Assembly: GCA_035763745.1 (NCBI GenBank)
Contig: DASUAO010000055.1
Span: 2,509-66,508, forward strand
DNA from: Acidimicrobiia bacterium
Lineage (GTDB): Bacteria; Actinomycetota; Acidimicrobiia; IMCC26256; PALSA-555
DNA: 64,000 bases
Direction of reading: 5' to 3'
Under the pieces are notes generated by a model that was not told where the DNA came from, did not search any database, and saw only the letters and a list, made by a program, of their open reading frames with translations. Every line of letters starts with the position of its first letter. The first letter of the stretch is position 1. Of the stretch, positions 61,033 to 64,000 are shown piece after piece. The position numbers were made by a program, and so were the translations under genes.

Positions 61033-61680
61033 ATGCCGTACCCCAAGAACCTCATCAACGAGGGCGAGCACGTCGCCCTCGATCTTCGTCCGCACTGGTG
61101 GTACTTCTCCCGCCACATCCTCACGGGCATCCCGCTCGTCGTCGCGGTCATCCTCGCGATCATGATCGACAGCTCGGTCCTCTACTACCTCGTCGCCGCG
61201 GTCTCGGTCGCGTGGGCGTTCTGGCTGCTCCTCAAGTACATCTCGTGGTCGCGCACGTACTTCGTCGTCACCGATCAGCGGGTGGTGTACCGCACCGGTG
61301 TGATCTCACGGCACGGCGTGGAGATCCCGCTCGAGCGCATCAACAACCTCAACTTCCACCAGCGGATCTTCGAGCGGGTCATCGGTGCCGGCAACCTCGA
61401 GGTGCAGTCGGCCGGTGAGGAGGGGACGACCCGCTTCGAGAACGTCCGGCACCCCGATGGTGTCCAGCAGGAGATCTACCGTCAGATGGAAGGCGACGCG
61501 AAGCGCGACGCCGGGCGGGGCGCGTCCGAGATCGGCAAGGCTGTCGCCGACGCGGTGAAGTCCGGCGGAGGCGCGAGCATCCCCGACCAGATCGATCAGC
61601 TCGCCACGCTGCGCGACAAGGGCACGATCACCGCAGAGGAGTTCGACAAGAAGAAGGCCGAGCTGCTCGACAAGATGTAG
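61033..61680 (+). CDS. Membrane PH-domain (bPH_2/YdbS-like) protein with C-terminal SHOCT motif
   Basis: Two TM helices. YFVVTDQRVVYRTGVISRHGVEIPLERINNLNFHQ...GNLEV. C-terminal DQIDQLATLRDKGTITAEEFDKKKAELLDKM. Confidence 0.8.
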   Translation: MPYPKNLINEGEHVALDLRPHWWYFSRHILTGIPLVVAVILAIMIDSSVLYYLVAAVSVAWAFWLLLKYISWSRTYFVVTDQRVVYRTGVISRHGVEIPLERINNLNFHQRIFERVIGAGNLEVQSAGEEGTTRFENVRHPDGVQQEIYRQMEGDAKRDAGRGASEIGKAVADAVKSGGGASIPDQIDQLATLRDKGTITAEEFDKKKAELLDKM

Positions 61681-61717
61681 CCCGACGACCGCCCGCGGGC
61701 GCTATGTCGGCTGCGGC

Positions 61718-63766
61718 TCAGGGTGTGCTCGGCTCCACGAGCACTCGCACTGCGCCGGGCGGGACCTCGATCTCGGACCCCGCGGTCGCACCCGTCCACA
61801 GCTCGGTCGTCCCCACGACCTCCGGAGGGCAGGGGAAGCGCGCGGTCGCGTCGGACCAGTTGAAGCAGGCGTGCACGCGCCGGTCGCCACGATCGGCAAC
61901 CCAGTGCGCGGGGATCCCTGCTCCGATCGAGTAGGCGTGCTCGACCACGTCGGGCGCGTCGGCGTGCTCGAAGAGGTCCACGGGGCGGAACGTCGTGGGT
62001 CGGCCCGGCGCCAGCGCGTCGACGAGCGCGAGGAGGCCGGGATGCTCGAGCACCGCGCGTTCCGCAGGGGTCACGGCCGTGAGGTCGTCGGCCAGGAGGA
62101 ACGGCCCGCCGGTCACGAGTGCGAGCGTCGCCATCACTCGCGCGACCTCGATCGGGTATCCGGCGGTGTCGGCGCCGTCGGAGCCCCACGCCATCACGAC
62201 CTCGGGATCGGCGTCGTACCACCGGCCGTGGTGCGCCCAGCGGGCGGCGACGTTCCGCGCCTGGACGCGCACGCCCCGCGCGCCGGTCCACCCACCTTCG
62301 GTTCCGGGATCGACGGGGTGTCCGAACTCCTGGAGCACGCGTGGCATGGCGAGATCGTGGCCGACCCGGTTCCCGTGGCAGTGCCCGACCGCCGGCAGCA
62401 TCGGCATCCCGCAGCCGAGCACGTAGACGTCGTCGCCGAGACCCTCGACCAGCGCGGCGAGACCGCGCTGGAGGGCTTCGATGCCGGTGACCCGCGGGTC
62501 GTGGCGTCGACCCGCGACGGCACCGAGGTAGCAGAAGTCGACCTTGACCATCTCGAAGCCCCATTCCTGCACCTGCGCGCCGAGGTCGCGGATCCATGCG
62601 CACGCGCCGGGATGGGATGCGTCGAGCGCCCACTTGCCGTGCGCGGGCTCCAGCCAGGGTTCGGCGTCGTCCCCGGTGCTCGCCTCGGGCGGCCGGACGC
62701 ACCACTCGGGATGGTCCTCGGCCACCCCCGGTGCACCCGGTTGGACCCGGAACGGAGCGATCCAGAGGCCGGGACGACACCCGAGCTCGCGCAGCTGCTC
62801 GACCAGCACGCCGAGGTCGGTGGGGAACCGGTCATTCGGGGTCCACGCTCCGTACGTGATCTGCCAGCCGTCGTCGACCTGGACGAGGTCGAAGTCGGGA
62901 TGGTCTCCGTAGCGTTCGCGGAGGAGCCGCGCGTTGGCGAGGACGTCGTCGGCCGACACGAACAGCCCGTAGTGGTACCAGCTCTCCCACCCGTGCACGG
63001 GTCGTCCGGTCCATCGTCGTGCCGACAGGGTCGTGGCCGCGAGCGCGCCGAGGTCCTCGACGACGGCCAACGCGTCGGCACCGGCCGAGAGGGCGATCGG
63101 CTCGCCTGCGAACACCTCTCCTGTGTCCAGGGGCAGCCCGAGGCCGGGAGGTGGCGGGGTCCGGTAGCCCCAGGTGCCGGGCACGTGGTCCTGCGCGGGG
63201 GGCGCGCCTTGGTCGACGGTGAGCCGGCCGTCGTCCCATGCGAGCCGGGTGCACGATCGATCGGCCCGGAGTGCCTGCGCGCCCAGCGTGCGTCCGTCGT
63301 CCGCGACGAGCGCCGTGTTCCAGTACGACGCGCCGGGCTCCGGGCCGCGCACCCCGGAGTACGCCCAGGAGTCGTAGCCGTCGACGAGGCGTCGGTGGAC
63401 CTCGACGTCGGTCGCTCCCGCGCACGGCGTGATCCGGTCGACGACGACCGGCTCGGTCGCCGTGTAGGTCGCCGTCACGACGACGGGTCCGTCCTCGGTG
63501 GGCACGTGGAGGGCCACCCGCAGCCCGCCTCCCGCGGGACGCCACTCCGCCCGAGCGCCGGCGCGTCCGTGCTCCACCCGCGGTTCGATGTTCCAGGTCC
63601 CGGTCGTGTCGGGGCTCGACTCCTCGGTTGTGGTGGCCCCGCGAACGTGCACCCCCACTCGGGCGTCGCACGGCCCGAGCGCGACGCCCACGCGCGGCCA
63701 GCGGAGCGTGTAGGTCCCGGGGCCGAGCTCGACCTCGACATCGGCTCCTCGCACGACCCTGGTCAT
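61718..63766 (-). CDS. Alpha-galactosidase (clan GH-D, GH36-like)
   Basis: 682 aa. GWESWYHYG...LVQVDDGWQ...GLWIAPF...GFEMVKVDFCYLG. The ATG overlaps the galK TGA (ATGA 63763-63766). Confidence 0.8.
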   Translation of the reverse strand: MTRVVRGADVEVELGPGTYTLRWPRVGVALGPCDARVGVHVRGATTTEESSPDTTGTWNIEPRVEHGRAGARAEWRPAGGGLRVALHVPTEDGPVVVTATYTATEPVVVDRITPCAGATDVEVHRRLVDGYDSWAYSGVRGPEPGASYWNTALVADDGRTLGAQALRADRSCTRLAWDDGRLTVDQGAPPAQDHVPGTWGYRTPPPPGLGLPLDTGEVFAGEPIALSAGADALAVVEDLGALAATTLSARRWTGRPVHGWESWYHYGLFVSADDVLANARLLRERYGDHPDFDLVQVDDGWQITYGAWTPNDRFPTDLGVLVEQLRELGCRPGLWIAPFRVQPGAPGVAEDHPEWCVRPPEASTGDDAEPWLEPAHGKWALDASHPGACAWIRDLGAQVQEWGFEMVKVDFCYLGAVAGRRHDPRVTGIEALQRGLAALVEGLGDDVYVLGCGMPMLPAVGHCHGNRVGHDLAMPRVLQEFGHPVDPGTEGGWTGARGVRVQARNVAARWAHHGRWYDADPEVVMAWGSDGADTAGYPIEVARVMATLALVTGGPFLLADDLTAVTPAERAVLEHPGLLALVDALAPGRPTTFRPVDLFEHADAPDVVEHAYSIGAGIPAHWVADRGDRRVHACFNWSDATARFPCPPEVVGTTELWTGATAGSEIEVPPGAVRVLVEPSTP

Positions 63767-64000
63767 CGCGCGACGTCCGGATCGGGGACGAGGCCCGCTC
63801 CGGCGACGGCCCGCACCCGGAAGGCGGGAACCGCCCCACCCGAGGGCGGTCGGTAGGCGGCCACCGTCGTGGCCAGCACCTCGTCGGCGGTGTCGGCAGG
63901 GGACAGGGCGACCACGCAGCCACCGAACCCGGCACCGGTCAGCCGCGCCCCCGACGCGCCGGACGCGACCAACGTCTCGACGAGCGCGTCGAGCTCGGGG
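63763..64000 (-). CDS. galK: Galactokinase (GHMP kinase), C-terminal part; 5' end outside window
   Basis: The reading frame is open to the window edge. ...LVASGASGARLTGAGFGGCVVAL... is the GHMP motif III region. Located next to the alpha-galactosidase gene. Confidence 0.75.
   Translation of the reverse strand, partial: PELDALVETLVASGASGARLTGAGFGGCVVALSPADTADEVLATTVAAYRPPSGGAVPAFRVRAVAGAGLVPDPDVAR

Overview
This is a very GC-rich chromosomal segment (roughly 70% by eye, not computed). Its gene content is typical of Actinomycetota: the mycothiol amidase mca, F420/LLM-type oxidoreductases, a DosR/DevS-like two-component pair, nitrobindin, a DUF222-HNH gene and a UvrD2-like helicase. I call about 60 densely packed protein genes on both strands, many joined by ATGA/GTGA start-stop overlaps. 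I saw no rRNA, tRNA, CRISPR array, transposase, integrase or prophage block.

Layout:
- 1-1053: 3' end of dnaE2.
- 1.4-8.1 kb: cation-transport island (MgtE-type, PhoU/TrkA-C, P-type ATPase, VIT1, CorA).
- 8.1-11.9 kb: DosR-like module (LuxR response regulator, GAF histidine kinase, unknown protein, Hrp1-like CBS protein) plus a divergent Cys-rich unknown.
- 12-19 kb: acyl-CoA dehydrogenase, class III cyclase, mca, SCP2, two-domain GNAT, YdjC deacetylase, lipoprotein, quinone reductase.
- 19.7-31 kb: DsbA-like, PAP2, C-N hydrolase, RecB-like nuclease and a redox/CoA-transferase catabolic cluster.
- 32-37 kb: etfBA, GNATs, RadC-like protein, carotenoid oxygenase.
- 37-40 kb: nitrobindin, a truncated ABM relic and a DUF222-HNH gene.
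- 39-49 kb: transporters, xthA, kinase-like protein, DUF2207, SMP-30, mcr.
- 49-64 kb: purK, gltB, LemA, thermonuclease, PLP decarboxylase, UvrD2-like helicase, small metallopeptidase, PH/SHOCT protein, alpha-galactosidase and the galK 3' end.

Most noteworthy non-genic signals:
1. Three near-perfect tandem micro-arrays (13-15 nt units), each built on a gene's own TGA stop codon in a CTGATC context. Two of them share the 10-mer CGGATCAGGG.
2. A near-consensus actinobacterial LexA SOS box in front of a catalytically degenerate RadC-like gene.
3. An identical 13-mer with a DosR-box-like shape in both promoter regions of the DosR-like module.

CDS ends come from the supplied ORF track and the starts are my choices. 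Coordinates of small motifs should be treated as +/-2 nt.
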